Source of the DNA: Basidiobolus meristosporus CBS 931.73
Lineage: Eukaryota; Fungi; Basidiobolomycota
DNA: 64,000 nucleotides
Assembly (NCBI GenBank): GCA_002104905.1
Contig: MCFE01000068.1
Span: 123,938 to 187,937, forward strand
Direction of reading: 5' to 3'
How positions within the stretch are numbered: the first letter of the stretch is position 1; each line of letters begins with the position of its first letter. This document shows positions 13,957-29,359 of this stretch, piece by piece. The position numbers and the translations under genes are program-made. The notes beneath the pieces are model-generated. The model was not told where the DNA came from. It was given only the letters and a program-made list of their open reading frames with translations, and made no database searches.

Positions 13957-14590
13957 TTAGGTGGCACAGCTGTACGGTCTCGTTGCCTTGCCTAAGGTGT
14001 GGACAGGCTCTAGATCCAGTATGTGCGTTTGAGGTCTGTTAGATCCAGCCAGCTGGATGCACTCATTGGTTGTGGAATGATTTGACGTGCCTATGCCTGG
14101 AAGGGTGGTGTAGCTGGGTGCCTTCATAGGGTTGAAGTATGCTGGGGGATCAACGGCAGCAATGTTATATGTCGGGGGTGGTGCTGAGAGAGTGACTACT
14201 TCGGAACCTATTTGGAATGGCCTCAGCTTCTGCAGCAAATGGGTCTCTTCAGATTCCAGCAATCTTACTCTCCCTCGGATGACCTATTTCATGGAAAATT
14301 CATGTCAGAGCACATATGGAGCATGTGACAGCAGTAGCCGTAGATTTTACCATGATCAGCACCATGTTGACTATCATAAGTATTAAGGGAATCAGGGCAA
14401 ACCACCATTGGAGATTGAGCGGGTCGACGCCAGCGATGAGAACCGCCGTGCCAGATAGAATGGTGATCCGTATGAACAATTTTAGTCTTTGATTGAGGTG
14501 ATTCCTCTGTTTTCGTAATTGATAAAGCTGACCCCACAGTGCTTCTGGTTGCTGCTCTGTGGTGGTTAAATCATCACTATTCGTGCTCAT
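13957..14590 (-). CDS. Small two-TM protein with C-terminal PY motifs, unknown family
   Basis: Two hydrophobic stretches in ORF 14300-14653. A GTAAAA...CTGAC...AATAG intron joins it in frame to ORF 13957-14262, which carries PPPTY, PPAY and APSY. An alternative ATG lies at 14653. Confidence 0.55.
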
Positions 14591-15271
14591 AGTCAAAAGG
14601 AAGATGGCGGTGGGAATCCCCGCTACTGGGTGAATATTATTATATAGAAACATTTACGGAAGCCTTATATTATTCCACAGAAAGCCTCAGACATAGTTTT
14701 ACTGTCACCCTTAGACACTATTGTGTGCCATAGTCAGCTCTTACGATTTACCAGAAATGTCTACATGGGTTGCGAGTCACATTGTACCTCAAACAATAAA
14801 TAGTCTCTTCTCCAACGAGACTGTTCGGTCAAGACACTGTTTAATACCATTATCACCAGTCAGCTGATCGACATATTGAGGACACGTTGGAGGAGGTATG
14901 TGGAATGTGACTAGTGTTCCTTTTTCAGCGAATGCATGACTTCACCCGATCCCTGGAAGTACTGTTTATTCGTCTATACTTCGTGCATTACTATGTAATG
15001 TTTCATCACGGAAGTTCTTCGATTCCAACCATCTCTCCTACTTTCATCCGCTTCACAAACAAGCCTCTGCCGATTTACTTTCTTGTGCCAATACGCACTC
15101 CCCATTCCAACTGACAATAATCATGCTCATAGTGGGATTTGGATTGCACCAGGCTAGTATTGGTTAGTTTTACAACGAGAGATGTTTGAATAACGTCGGG
15201 AAAAAACTAAGAGAAAGTCACCGAAAAGCATGAATTAAGAGAAGTATATATATGAAGGGTGGGGAAAAGGA

Positions 15272-17907
15272 TCATTTGGTAATTCTTTTTGCCACGCCAA
15301 TGTGACATGAATTGACTTTCGTGGCAAAGCGTAGGGAACACAATGTTTCTTGGAAATGGGCATTGCAGGAGGAAATATTCACGAACATCAGAGTCTTGCT
15401 GTTCCCACCTGGAAAATGCTCGGGTTAGATGGTGTGGGTGATGATGAGGTGAAGAGGAGATTACCAAGTGAATTCTGAAGAAGGTAGGTCAGTTTGGAAT
15501 TTCTATATGGGACATGCGCTTCGTTGTTGGCTATGGAGTAAATAACGTCTCCTAAACAACTGAGGCTCTTGTTGATTGCCTGAGTTTCACGAAGTCTGTC
15601 TCCAGTTGACCCTGATTGAGAAAGTCTTTCGGAGCCTGCAAGATCAATGAGGTTAAGCATTCCTTCGCTGACTTCTCCCGAGTAGGTGTTTTTGCCGCTT
15701 AGTTTGAGCATAAACACACTTGAAACATTACAAATATGGTTAATAGGTCAGTAATTCTGCGACATCGGTATGCAGACACTACCTATGGCTTCTGGAAGAG
15801 CGGTCATTGCATTGAGTAGATGCAACTGCGCGGTTTTGACCCGCACGCTTCATTAAGGCTTTCATTTTCTCAGGAGAGTCAATAGTGACTACAAATCCAT
15901 GGACGTTTAGTCTGGATTCAATCCATGGCTCAAGTGCTGCATCACTTACCTGTGGTTAGATCGCTGACAATGGTTTTTCCGTTAGGGAGATGTCTGATGT
16001 CATGTTTCTTGTTGAAGTCCCCATTCCCGAGAAGATCATTGATCGTATCGTTGTATATTTCTAGAAATTGGCCCTCCATCACATACTCCCATCCTTTGAG
16101 CTTCAACGACTCAACAGTAGAGTAGATCTGCAATACCGCTCGTGGAATAATACCAATAGTATCGGAATCAGGGAAATCGGGGCCTTCCATAGTAAAGGTC
16201 TGACAGGGTACATTAGAGATGGGCTCATACTGCATACCGCACACTTCATCTGAAGCTTACCTTTCCGCTTCCCGTTTGACCGTACGCGAAGATACACACT
16301 GGGTATCCGTCCAAAGCTGATTGAACAAGCTGTGAGATTTCTTCAAAAACCTCAGATTGTGTGGCTTTTGGTTCGAATATCTAAGACCAGAAATGGTTAA
16401 ACATTGTCTAAGATAGAAGATCCCGGTATAACTATACCTTGTCGAAAGTAAAAGGATAGGACTTCGTGACGGTTTTAGAACCATTGGCGGATTCCTGAAG
16501 TGTCGAGCATTGTTGGTTAGCCATGATCTCGAAAGTATTTGGAGATTTGGAATCTTGCCTGGCTTTGGATTAGCTCGATCTCATCCTCCTTGATAAAGTT
16601 GATCTGCAAAGGATCCTCCATTTGCTCTGGGCCTGATTTCACAAATTAGTCGGTCAGTTTTTGATTCGGAAGCGCCCTTGCTAAACTGGTATATACCTAG
16701 CAGAGGTCTCATTCTACAGAACACGCGGATATTCCCTTTGAGTTCCTACATGATAAAGTGAATGAGATTGACGTTCTTGCGCCATCATCGATATGGCATT
16801 TACCTGGATGGTATTGTGTAATTTGCGGCGAGATGCTTCTTCAGCTCTCAGCTTGGCTTCGAGCTCTGCAATGTAGGACTTGGCAACACTGAGCTCCCCA
16901 TTCATAATGTCTATATCTTGTAGTTTGGATTCGAGAGTACAGGAGGTTTCCTACATGAATGGGTTAGAATGCTGAATAAGGATACCTGAGCGACATGGGG
17001 GTATTGTGTTACCTCAAGCTGTTGTTGAGTAGCGGATTGTTGTGTTTGCAATTGAGACAGGGCTTCGGATTGTGTCGAAATGGTGCTCTGATTGACAAAG
17101 TGGAGTTGAGTACTTGGTGGAGAATCAGATGAGAAAGATGGATCAACCTTTAGATTGGAGATTTTCTGTTTGTGCTTGTGGATCCGAGATTGAGCATCAT
17201 CAAGCTGCGAGGAGATGGTGTCTTTTTCCTTTTCAAGATTCTCGTACTCTTTGTGAAGCGAATCCAAATGTGATTCGTGCTGCGATGTCAACTTCTGAAT
17301 GTCTTCGGTATACTTTTTACATTGTTCCTAGCAATCGAAAAGATATTAGTACAACGGAATCCACAAATCAAGAATGGGTCGATTATGTACCTCGAACTTG
17401 GTCTTCAATTTGTTCATTTCTTCCTGCAGCAAGTCGTCTGACAGGGGGGTGGTGGTGTCGTTGCATTGTGGCTGACTGTTGGTACACTGTTCAATTTGTT
17501 TGCGAAGTTCCTCAAAGTCGTTGACTTCGTCTCGTTAGGACAAGTTGACCCATAAAGATTTATACACAAACTTACACTGTGCCTGGTCGCAGGTATATCT
17601 AGAAAAGGTACTGGGATTGAGGGATTGGCTGTTAAATGTACTTTGCAAATTCTCCAAGTCCTCGACGTTCAGCTGATAAAGAGAAACGTTAGAGACGTTA
17701 TCGTGGGAGGTAGCTTGGCCAAGGAGAATTGCTGACCTTGGAGAAAAGTTTTGAATGATTAAGTGCGTGGTCAGCGGAAGTATTGTTGTCTTGAGTGGCC
17801 AAGATGGCTTCAGTTTCGTTCGGAGTCTGCATAAATTGGGATTAACTCGCTAGTCCCAGAGTCATCACAGCTCTTAGAAATACCTTGTGGTTAGAAGGAC
17901 CCACCAT
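15272..17907 (-). CDS. KAR3: Kinesin-14 (Kar3/KIFC1-like, C-terminal motor)
   Basis: Coiled coil ending in RRKLHNTIQ, motor motifs [24 protein letters not shown] and [28 protein letters not shown], and end SLRFATKVN. Start position is uncertain. Confidence 0.9.
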
Positions 17908-18156
17908 GGCGATAAACGTATTTGGAATAATAGCGTGAAGATAGAGCAGTTCGCACTTTTGTCCGGATTGTATACAAGCCAACAAGATATTTTTCAAAAC
18001 AAGCACATAGTAAACAAATGATTGGGGAGCAGTGATTGGATCATGTTAGCATTTATCTAAATATCAAAACAGAGAATTTGCATAACCCGAGCTTAGATCA
18101 AGGTAGCGTTTATTATTTAGTAAAATGTGCATTAAACGGAGAATATATGTATAATC

Positions 18157-19324
18157 TTAATCATCCTCTGATTCACTTCTGGTGTCCTGAGGTTTACTTC
18201 CTTTGATGACCGTCCAGAGGATACGAAGGATCGACTTGCACCATATCAGAAGGAGAACCTGAAGTGATCCTAGCAAAGCCAAAAAGATCCAGTGCACTAA
18301 TGGGCCAAAGAAACTTCCAGATTCCGGGTCCCAACGGACAATTCGGAGCTGTCCCGGGTCCTTCCAGAGGCTGTAAATGATGTGGAAGTAGATAAAGTGG
18401 CGTGAATAGAACCAGCTGGCCACGAAGATGCCAAAGGCGATGTCGCAAGATCTTTTGAACTCAAGATAGTACAAGGACTTCGCGAGCTTCAAGGCAAGGT
18501 TAGGCGGTGTACAGGATGGCTGGTGCTAGACTGAACTGACCGTTAGGATGATGTCCGAGAAATCCATCATGCACAAGACAGCGTTCCCTATTCTTGTGAG
18601 ATTGGCAAAGTAGGAGCCAATCAAGAGCGCAATGGTCACACAGTGATGTGAAACCATCAATACATGGTCCTTCCTTCTCTTCTCGATATGAACCACATAC
18701 ATTTGGCTGAGCCAGTAGCCGGTAACAATCAAGTAATACCACTTGGTTAGCGGGCTGAGATATTGATGGGGATAGCCAATCCAGAAATGGAGTGGACTGA
18801 ACCAGTAGGGGGAATGGTACATGATGTACTATGAAGCTGAAAATGAGAACAAAGAAACCAATCTGAACGAATGGGGTTACCTACCATGCCAACGGTCCAT
18901 GAAATGAGGAAGAACACGAATTGCCAACTTTGCTCCACAAACCTCTGCTTTTTGGCCCTCTTCTTGATCCCGCAGTATGTGGCGAGCGGCTCCAAGAGGT
19001 ACTGGGTGGTGAAGGCCCGGAGGAATACAAACATGATGCACCAGAATGCCATAATGTAGACATCATCTGTACCGGTTCCATACATCGTAGTATCGTTGAT
19101 ACGATAATGCAAGTGTAGGAATTTATCGGCCATGGGGAGGCGAAATAGATCCCCGATAACCACCGCGGTTAGAAATATCAACGGGAGCTCTTGGGGAATG
19201 GAAGTGCGTAAGACGGTGCTAGCAATGGCATAGAGCGCAACGTACCGATTTGGCGATCATTAACATATGCTCCAACATCCTTCCTAAAAGAAGGTTTGGC
19301 TCTATCTTGAGGCTTCAAAACCAT
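18157..19324 (-). CDS. LAG1: Ceramide synthase (LAG1/LAC1, TLC domain)
   Basis: RFVEQSWQFVFF and the Lag1 motif RRKDHVLMVSHHCVTIALL...GNAVLCMMDFSD. Confidence 0.92.
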
Positions 19325-19733
19325 ACTGGACTTGGGGGAGAGAAGGGCTTGATGGCAAGGAGTTGGCCCAAAGGAGCTATTTAAGTAAAATTGCTTCTCA
19401 ATGCAATGCACTCATGTGGAGTTTAAATTTAATTGTCATCGACGTACCCTAAACCGCTATATTTGGAATTATTCCTTCAGTATTTATGAGATGAGATATT
19501 CTCCAATTGAAAGCTTTCCGAAACCATGGTGGCGAAGGTCTTTGGTATGGGTTGTTTATTTGAAATGTCGATGATTCCCTAAATTGCAGTCCGAGTTAAC
19601 CTTGGTTGTTTAAATCCGGGCTTATGTAGTGAGCTTTCCATGTTGTGGCGTATGATCCAATCAAGTCCTCTACCAGAGTCGAGCACTTGCTGAATATAAA
19701 CAAACGAGTCGTACTCCAAGGAGTAAGTACACT

Positions 19734-22246
<2,513 letters not shown>

Positions 22247-22400
22247 ACAGCAAGTTGGACTGTAAATTTTCTGATAGCATACAATAAACCAATGACGCTA
22301 ACATACACATGAAGGTGTATTTATTCAATATTTCTAAACGGCTAGACAATGATGGTAATGACATTGAAGGTTTCTATATGTCGATATATATATATATGGC

Positions 22401-23660
22401 CTATTTGAGTAGTGAGCTTAGGAATTGACTCTTCTTGGACACGGTTGACCTAGAATACGATGATTGTCTGATGAGGGATTAGAACTAAAGGCGGTATTAC
22501 AGAAAAACTTTACAGTTTCGATTGATTGAACTTCGACAAATACGCGTCTTCCAAGGCTGACTGCGTCACTGAGGAATCTAAAGGAAAACCGAAGATAAAG
22601 ATAAGTACTTAGGCGACGGTGAACAGAGCCTTGCTTACCCGATAAATCACTAAAGGAGGAGCCTGCTGAATGACTGGCATCCTCGACATCTACATGACAT
22701 CGACTGAATTTAACAGCTATCCTTGACTGCTCGAAAACTCGTCACTCTTACCTTGCTGTGTGGGACTTTTTGGTTGTTCGTCAGCCACCTCTTTGCCCTT
22801 CTCACCTGATACAGGATGACCAGATGGCATACCAATCTGAAGCTTACTCAATCTTTCGTTCACTTGTTCGTCGGTGACATCTTCGCTTTCATCTGAGGAC
22901 TCGGATTCTTCGTTATTGCCCACGGATTTAGCTCCCGAGTTGGATAAGGATCTTCTGCTAGGGTTGCTCTCCGCTACGATTGCCAATATTAGTCATCATC
23001 CCAGACTTGTCTGTTTCGAATGGTGCACGTCTACCCATTATCTCTTGTTGTTCGAGTTTGAGAGCGTCATAGTAGGATTTTTGGATTGCTGCCAGATGCT
23101 TTTTATCTACATGACGGAAGAACAACGAAGATTCGATGAATTTTGAGCAAGTGCTTCTCGAAAGACTGCACTGATTCACCTTGAGATATTTCACTGGGGG
23201 ATTTGAGGTGAACTTCCGCCGAGTCTACACCGCGGGAATCTTTAGAGGGTGTCGGAAAATTCCTAGGTTCCGCGGTCGATCTCCTTATTTGTCCTAACTC
23301 ACGAAGTTTTCTCTCGTACAAGGTGGCGGAATGCCGAAGCAGTTGCGGTATAGTAATGTTGAATTCTCTTGACAGCACCTCCCCTTCATGTGGAATTAGT
23401 GGTGGTGATAACCTTTCTTTCTTGTACAACACTGTGCTTACAGTCAATGGTTTCCTCTTTTTGTCTACTCAAAGCTTTCCAAAGCTCTCGATCGATTTCT
23501 TCACTCCAAACAGCCTGCGAAACTATTCTATTAATACCCGACGAAAGAATGTTCCAGCCGCATCAAGTCATACCTGCGAGGGAGGCTTGAAAGAGGAAGG
23601 CCTTTTCCAAGGCACTCGAATGACAACATGCAGGTCGGGTTCTTCAAAACCTAGTTCCAT
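22401..23660 (-). CDS. ATG29: Autophagy protein Atg29-like
   Basis: Spliced N-terminus LHVVIRVPWKRPSSFKPPSQAVWSEEIDRELWKALSRQKEETIDWEVLSREFNITIPQLLRHSATLYERKL resembles the Atg29 N-terminal domain. C-terminal SSFSDLSDSSVTQSALEDAYLS matches the filamentous-fungal Atg29 motif. Confidence 0.8.
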
Positions 23661-23998
23661 TTGATATTAACTGGGAATTCCAAGGGTATGGCTTAAATAG
23701 TCTTGTGTAAATCAGGAGATTCTGCTACATGCTCACAATACGAGTCACTAATCCACGTGATCTCACCATGCACGTTTTTGCCCATCTTTATTACCCATCA
23801 CATCTTGGAAGCTAAACAGAGATTTTCTCAACGTTGACATCTAAGTTAAATGTGTTGAGACGTATTCTAAACCAGACAGAACCATATGGGTGGTCATGCT
23901 ACAAAATAGAATCGAGTAGAATCGACAGTGAGGTTGGCTTATATGGAATGTTGTGATCGTCTATGATTTCCTTTGTCTGACAAAAAGGAACAAAGATC

Positions 23999-25089
23999 TC
24001 AGTTTGATGCCAGCGATTTCTTTGCTACTTTCCGGTTACCCTTCGTTTGCTTAAGGAATAAACCGCATGCATTGCACACTATTTTCCCTGCATCATTCCT
24101 TCTCCACAACGGCGTCTCGGTCACGCCGCAATTCCAGCATTTCTGATGGGAGGTGGTAGGGCGTAACACCTTCACTGTTCCATCCTTTGCTATGTACCAG
24201 GGGCGCGGCTTGTTATGCAATTTCTGACTAGATCGGTAGATGAGTTAGATCCACCAAAATTCTACGTGAATAAATCGGATGGAATCATACTATAATCCAC
24301 ATGCATTGCACAGCAGTAATTTCCCATCATTATCTCGACGCCAGCTTGGGCTATTGATGGAGAAACAATTTGAGCAGCGTTTGGCCTCTGGGTGTTCCGT
24401 CTGTGGAGGTGTACCGATAGTAGGATTCGACGTAGCTCTAGACGATTCAGACTCGGCCTCTTTATGCCTTGATCGTCGCTCCTGCTTGAGCACCCTGGCC
24501 TCTTTCGAGTCAACACCAAAGTTCATAAATGCATATATTTATATAACAGGACTATTGGACCCTTTCATTTACCCTTAGACGGCTTCTTTGCGAGAGGCGT
24601 ATAAGGCTCTAAAGTGAGATTCCCAACTACAAGACATCAGCAAAGCGAGATACCGATAGGAACCTTGGGTATATGTAATCTAACCTAACGAAGAATACAC
24701 GAACGGCTCATTATCCTCGCTACATGGGGAGGTTAGTGGCTCGAACCTGGACACTGGACTATCTAATGCATGGAAAAAATGGGATTAGAGACAAGTTGTA
24801 GACTGCATCACTACCAAAGCATACCAGCGAATCCAGAATCCTCAAGTGGTTGCATCGGATGAAAAGGTTGAGGCTGAAGGAAATCAGAGGTGGAAGGAGT
24901 GGATAGTACATGGTAGTAGTCATGCTCTCCAACACTCAGGTGTTCGAGAGCATGATGTCTAACTGAAGTGAATTGACCAGGGCTGGGAGTTGTAAGAGAA
25001 GAAAATGGTAATAGAGAAGGGGATTCGCTTGGATTATACATGTGTGGCTCTTTCATATAGCGGTAGTACTCGCAGTCGGGGAAATACAT
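23999..25089 (-). CDS. GATA transcription factor with two tandem zinc fingers
   Basis: CSNC-X18[16 protein letters not shown] followed by CWNC-X17-CNACGLFLK. The 5' exon structure is uncertain. Confidence 0.82.
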
Positions 25090-26347
25090 GTCGGTTGCTA
25101 TATCGTTACGTGCACACTCTTCAAACGTGGAAAGAAAGTTTACGTAACTAGTGGACGGTAGTGCGCAGCTTGAGTCATAACTGAACGCTGTGGTTTCGTG
25201 AAGCTTCTCAAATCCGGGAGTATACTGTGTGTGCTCCCTGACCTAGAAGATGGTGAGCGTTCACTTCCAAGAAGTAGGCGGTGGTGATAAAATACCTCAT
25301 TCTTCGCGGTTGCCGGTTTCTTTCCCTTCATGAATATAATGGTTCAAAGGCTACCTGGGCTCTGCTTACTATAGTATTTAACTGGAACCAAAATGGAATG
25401 ACGTGTAATAAAATGGGGGAGCCTTTCGTCAAGGAAAGCCATTGCTTTTTATTGTCTCCGTTATCCTGCTTGGCTGTTTACTTTAACTTCAAGGCAAGTT
25501 TCTTAAACTCAATTAATGTTTCTATTATTAATAAAGGATCAAACTTTATTTGTCACATCAATCGTTCAATCAACACTACTCTGCCACTATAGCCTAATAG
25601 CGAACTTCAATGGACTTCAAGTAGTGATAATACAAACATGACGTTTCAGTCCACTCACGTCAAAGAGTTTAAACGGTAACTTGACAAAAGTGTTGGGCGA
25701 GGGGACATCAACTGAAATGTCGATCCATGTGCTACCCAAAGTGATTACTCAAAGGAGGTGAGGCTTTTGAAGCCTCGTTAAACTCTCGCAGTATTACAGA
25801 ACAAATCCCCCAGCAAGTGCTGGCCATTACTGAATGAATTTCCGAACCGGTGTTGGTCATTTCTGAATGATTGTTCGAATATTCATAATTTGGATATTTT
25901 AGGAATTTCTGGGGGTTTGTCTGTGCATTCAGAATATAGAAACTGCAATCCCGTAGATCACCGAGAATCTCAACCCCTACCTGCCTCTAATGAATTAGTA
26001 TATAAACAAAGGCCAGGCTTTATAAGGGAAATGGGTCAGAAGCACATCCCGGAAATTACCGACTTGCTATATTTATATGCTTTTTGGACGAATTCACTCC
26101 AATCAATTGAGAGGGATGAAAAAAATATCGAGTTTTTCTTCAATCCGATGTATTAAGGGTCAAATGGGTTTCCAAAATACATGTCGGGGCTCCTAAAATA
26201 ATTAGATCAGAAAACCTCGTCACTTCTGATTCCTATACTGAATAGAGTTCGATTTATTATTGGACCAATCATTCGGTTGGTTCGATGAATGCCTGGAATT
26301 TGCCTAAAGCAATAAATTTTGCGAATATATAAAGCCAGTCAACGCAC

Positions 26348-27970
26348 ATGGAAGGTTCAACGATGCCTAGCAATTCCTCATTATCCATTACAATACCACC
26401 CGAGACTTTGGTTCTGCCAAGTCCCGAGATCTCACCTACGGAAACTATATTTCAGCAACCCTCGTCAGATCCAACCACTTCAACGGATGTGAAGCAGATC
26501 AAAACGCCATCAATCCAAAAATCCACTCAGTTCGAAATCATACAAACATCTACCAAGAGATGTCCGTTGAGACGGATGTTCGCTCCATTTCATAACCTCT
26601 CGTCCAAGCTGTCCATTGCACATCAATATGCATTCCAAGTGGCCTGTGGAGTGTTATTTGCGTCCCTCTCCACATTTGTACCCACCTTCTTTATCTACGG
26701 GTCCAATTGGGTAGGGATTACCATCGTGGTCGTGCTGCAGGAAAACTTCGGTGCTTCCCTAAAGCAAGGCGTTCTTCGTGGCCTTGGAACTACCGCAAGT
26801 GGACTGATCTCGATTGTCTTGATCGTAATAGCACAACACTTTCCCGCCTCAGTTAGCCATTGGCTGGCCCCAGCTTTCCTGGCAATCAGCTTATTCATCT
26901 TCACCTATTTGTTCTCATACATGAAGAAGAAATACCCCAATGTTGCGTATGCCGGCACCATCGGCTGTATTACCATGCAGATCGTTATGCTGGATGGCTA
27001 CTACGACCTGCTTGATAATGACGAAAACCTGATTGGGGTTGGATTCCGGCGTATAGCTTGTGTGCTTGCGGGTGTGATCATTGGCATGCTCTTCTCGCTA
27101 TTTGTGTTTCCACAAAAAGCCAGTTACGCCCTACGAAAGGAGCTTGGAAACATCATGGGGTCCATCGCCGACATGTACTCCTCCATCTCCGGCATTCCAC
27201 CCGAGGTCTACAGCCGCACAGATATTACTGCCCAGTCCGATTTACTAAGCGGGTTTGGAAGGAAGCTCTCCCGATCACGTACCCTATCCATTTATCCAGT
27301 CCATGCGGGATCTCCTGAAGACAATGCTCCCATCATGTCGCTGGACGAGGCGCGCAGTTGTGCTCTAAACATCATTGCACGGTTGACCAAGCAAATGGCC
27401 AAGATCGATTTCGTTTCAAACGAGTATCTGATCCAGGTTCCTTTCCATCTATTTCGCAATCGTCACCTGCGTGATCTCGAGCGGGCTCGTCGTTACAAGT
27501 GTGCCATACAGTTTATGCAAGAAATGGTTTACCCCTTCATATCACTCACATACCTTGGTGCTGTTACTGAGCTCACTGCAGCTTACGTCAATGATAACAA
27601 CACTGTTGGTAGTGCTACCATCAATGGGAATCAAGATCGGACCCTGGCTGCGTTCTCCAGTAAGACCATGTGTAATTTCTCTCGTCTGATGTTGATTGTT
27701 ATGCACCGATCCTCCGAAATATTGCTAGACGGCAAATGTAATATGCATCGATGCTATGACCAATGGGACGAGATGAAGAATCTACTTGATTGCGCACACC
27801 AAGAGGTTTCCTCCGAGTTGGACCGAGTAGTAGAACAGCTAACTGGCAAAACAGACAATGTTCTGGAATTGGTTGCCTACTATGGCTTCTTGACTCGTTC
27901 TGAGGCTTGCTGGAAATCCCTCACAAAAGCTGTATCCTCATTTAGTACCTTCCCTGATAATGACGACTAA
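26348..27970 (+). CDS. ALMT / FUSC-like (aromatic acid exporter) membrane transporter, single exon, 540 aa
   Basis: About six TM helices with WVGITIVVVLQENFGASLKQGVLRGLGT, RRIACVLAG and FVFPQKASYALR, followed by a soluble C-terminal half. Confidence 0.75.
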   Translation: MEGSTMPSNSSLSITIPPETLVLPSPEISPTETIFQQPSSDPTTSTDVKQIKTPSIQKSTQFEIIQTSTKRCPLRRMFAPFHNLSSKLSIAHQYAFQVACGVLFASLSTFVPTFFIYGSNWVGITIVVVLQENFGASLKQGVLRGLGTTASGLISIVLIVIAQHFPASVSHWLAPAFLAISLFIFTYLFSYMKKKYPNVAYAGTIGCITMQIVMLDGYYDLLDNDENLIGVGFRRIACVLAGVIIGMLFSLFVFPQKASYALRKELGNIMGSIADMYSSISGIPPEVYSRTDITAQSDLLSGFGRKLSRSRTLSIYPVHAGSPEDNAPIMSLDEARSCALNIIARLTKQMAKIDFVSNEYLIQVPFHLFRNRHLRDLERARRYKCAIQFMQEMVYPFISLTYLGAVTELTAAYVNDNNTVGSATINGNQDRTLAAFSSKTMCNFSRLMLIVMHRSSEILLDGKCNMHRCYDQWDEMKNLLDCAHQEVSSELDRVVEQLTGKTDNVLELVAYYGFLTRSEACWKSLTKAVSSFSTFPDNDD

Positions 27971-28525
27971 TACCATTCCATGTATATAATGTATCTTAGA
28001 TTTGAATAAATCTCATTCTCGTGTAATTGGTACTACTCCCGAAATTCGGGTGAAATCGGTGTTTTTGTTTGGAATATTCTGGAAGAAAGCTTCCAGAATC
28101 TAGGGCATATTGGGTATTTAGATGTAGGAAGAAGCCGGGTGCCCTCTATGGCGGAATATTTCGGGATTTACCGGTTCATCGAATGTACACCATCCACGGT
28201 AAAGGTTTATCGTTTTATCAGGCTGCCTCTTGTTGTTATCACTACCTCAATGTCGTAAAAGACCTTGTCTAGTCTATACTGTGTTAGTATGAATGACTAA
28301 TCAACCATCATAGAGGAGAAATGTTCAATCAAGTGATGCAATCTTTTGAACGTAAAAGTCCTGAACATCTTTCGTCTTTTCAAAATTGTATTTGCTTGAT
28401 TTTGCCAATCCAAGGTTGGATGTGTTGGATGGATTTCGTTTAACATGTTGGTTAAATAGGATTCGTAAACTATCATCATTAAAAGCTTGTTGCTGACCAC
28501 ATACTAGAGCTAATTTTCTCCACTG

Positions 28526-29096
28526 ATGTCTAACGCCCCTTCCAACGTATTATCACACAGCACTGTTGGGCTTGAGAATGCCGTTACAGAGGACATACAA
28601 CCACCCCCCTTAGATAAGGATACTCAACAATCGGTTGAAATGCAATCTGAAAGGGATTCCTTTGCAAGCGAGAACGAGAACGCAAAGGGTAGCATTTCCT
28701 TTCCAACCATGTCAGCTGAAAATTTCCAAGATGACAACTATAGCTCGCTCAGTGGCACAACCGAGCCCTTTGCTCAAGGGCTAATTCAGTTTCTAACCCC
28801 AGTGATTCAAGAAATGGACGGTCAAATAGACTCGGTCAAAACCAGCCAGATAGAGCTTCAAAAAGTGATCGAGAAGCTTTTAAATGGTATTTCTCTCTTG
28901 TACGATTGTCACAGTGCCACAGCACAGAAACTAATCATTTTTAGAGCTACAAATGTTTGTAGACACCAATCATCCTCCATTCATACTGCCCTCCGTTCAA
29001 AAACTTGTGAACGCACGTAAACGTCTTACGAATGTCAACTCCACTTTGAAGCAAGTGCAGGACCGTTTAGATAGGCTGTTGACCCAAATCGAATAG
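28526..29096 (+). CDS. SNAPIN: Snapin (BLOC-1 subunit)
   Basis: FAQGLIQFLTPVIQEMDGQIDSVKTSQIEL, intron 28887-28944, then KLVNARKRLTNVNSTLKQVQDRLDRL. Confidence 0.8.
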
Positions 29097-29359
29097 CATT
29101 TAAGTGCTATGCTACTTTCGTAATTCTCTTGTATAATAAACGCATAACATACACTTGATTATCTAATCGCCATATCACGTGGTAATTGTTTGTTGTGAAG
29201 TTCGTGTTATTTGTCGAAGAGTATTTATTATTGTTTTTGTTTACAATTGGAAGATTAAATAGCAATATTCAATTGAAGTAACAAGAGATATCATCTTCTA
29301 CTCCTTTGTACTATTGAAAGCTTTCTATCCAAGTTCATATCATAGACCGAAAAGTTGAT

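Noticed and set aside
16978-16985. GTATCCTT (U12-type 5' splice site) on the kinesin sense strand
   Set aside because: It would give a 35-nt intron. The in-phase GTAACA donor at 17012 gives a normal 62-nt intron to the same acceptor, and no U12 branch point (CCTTAAC) is present.
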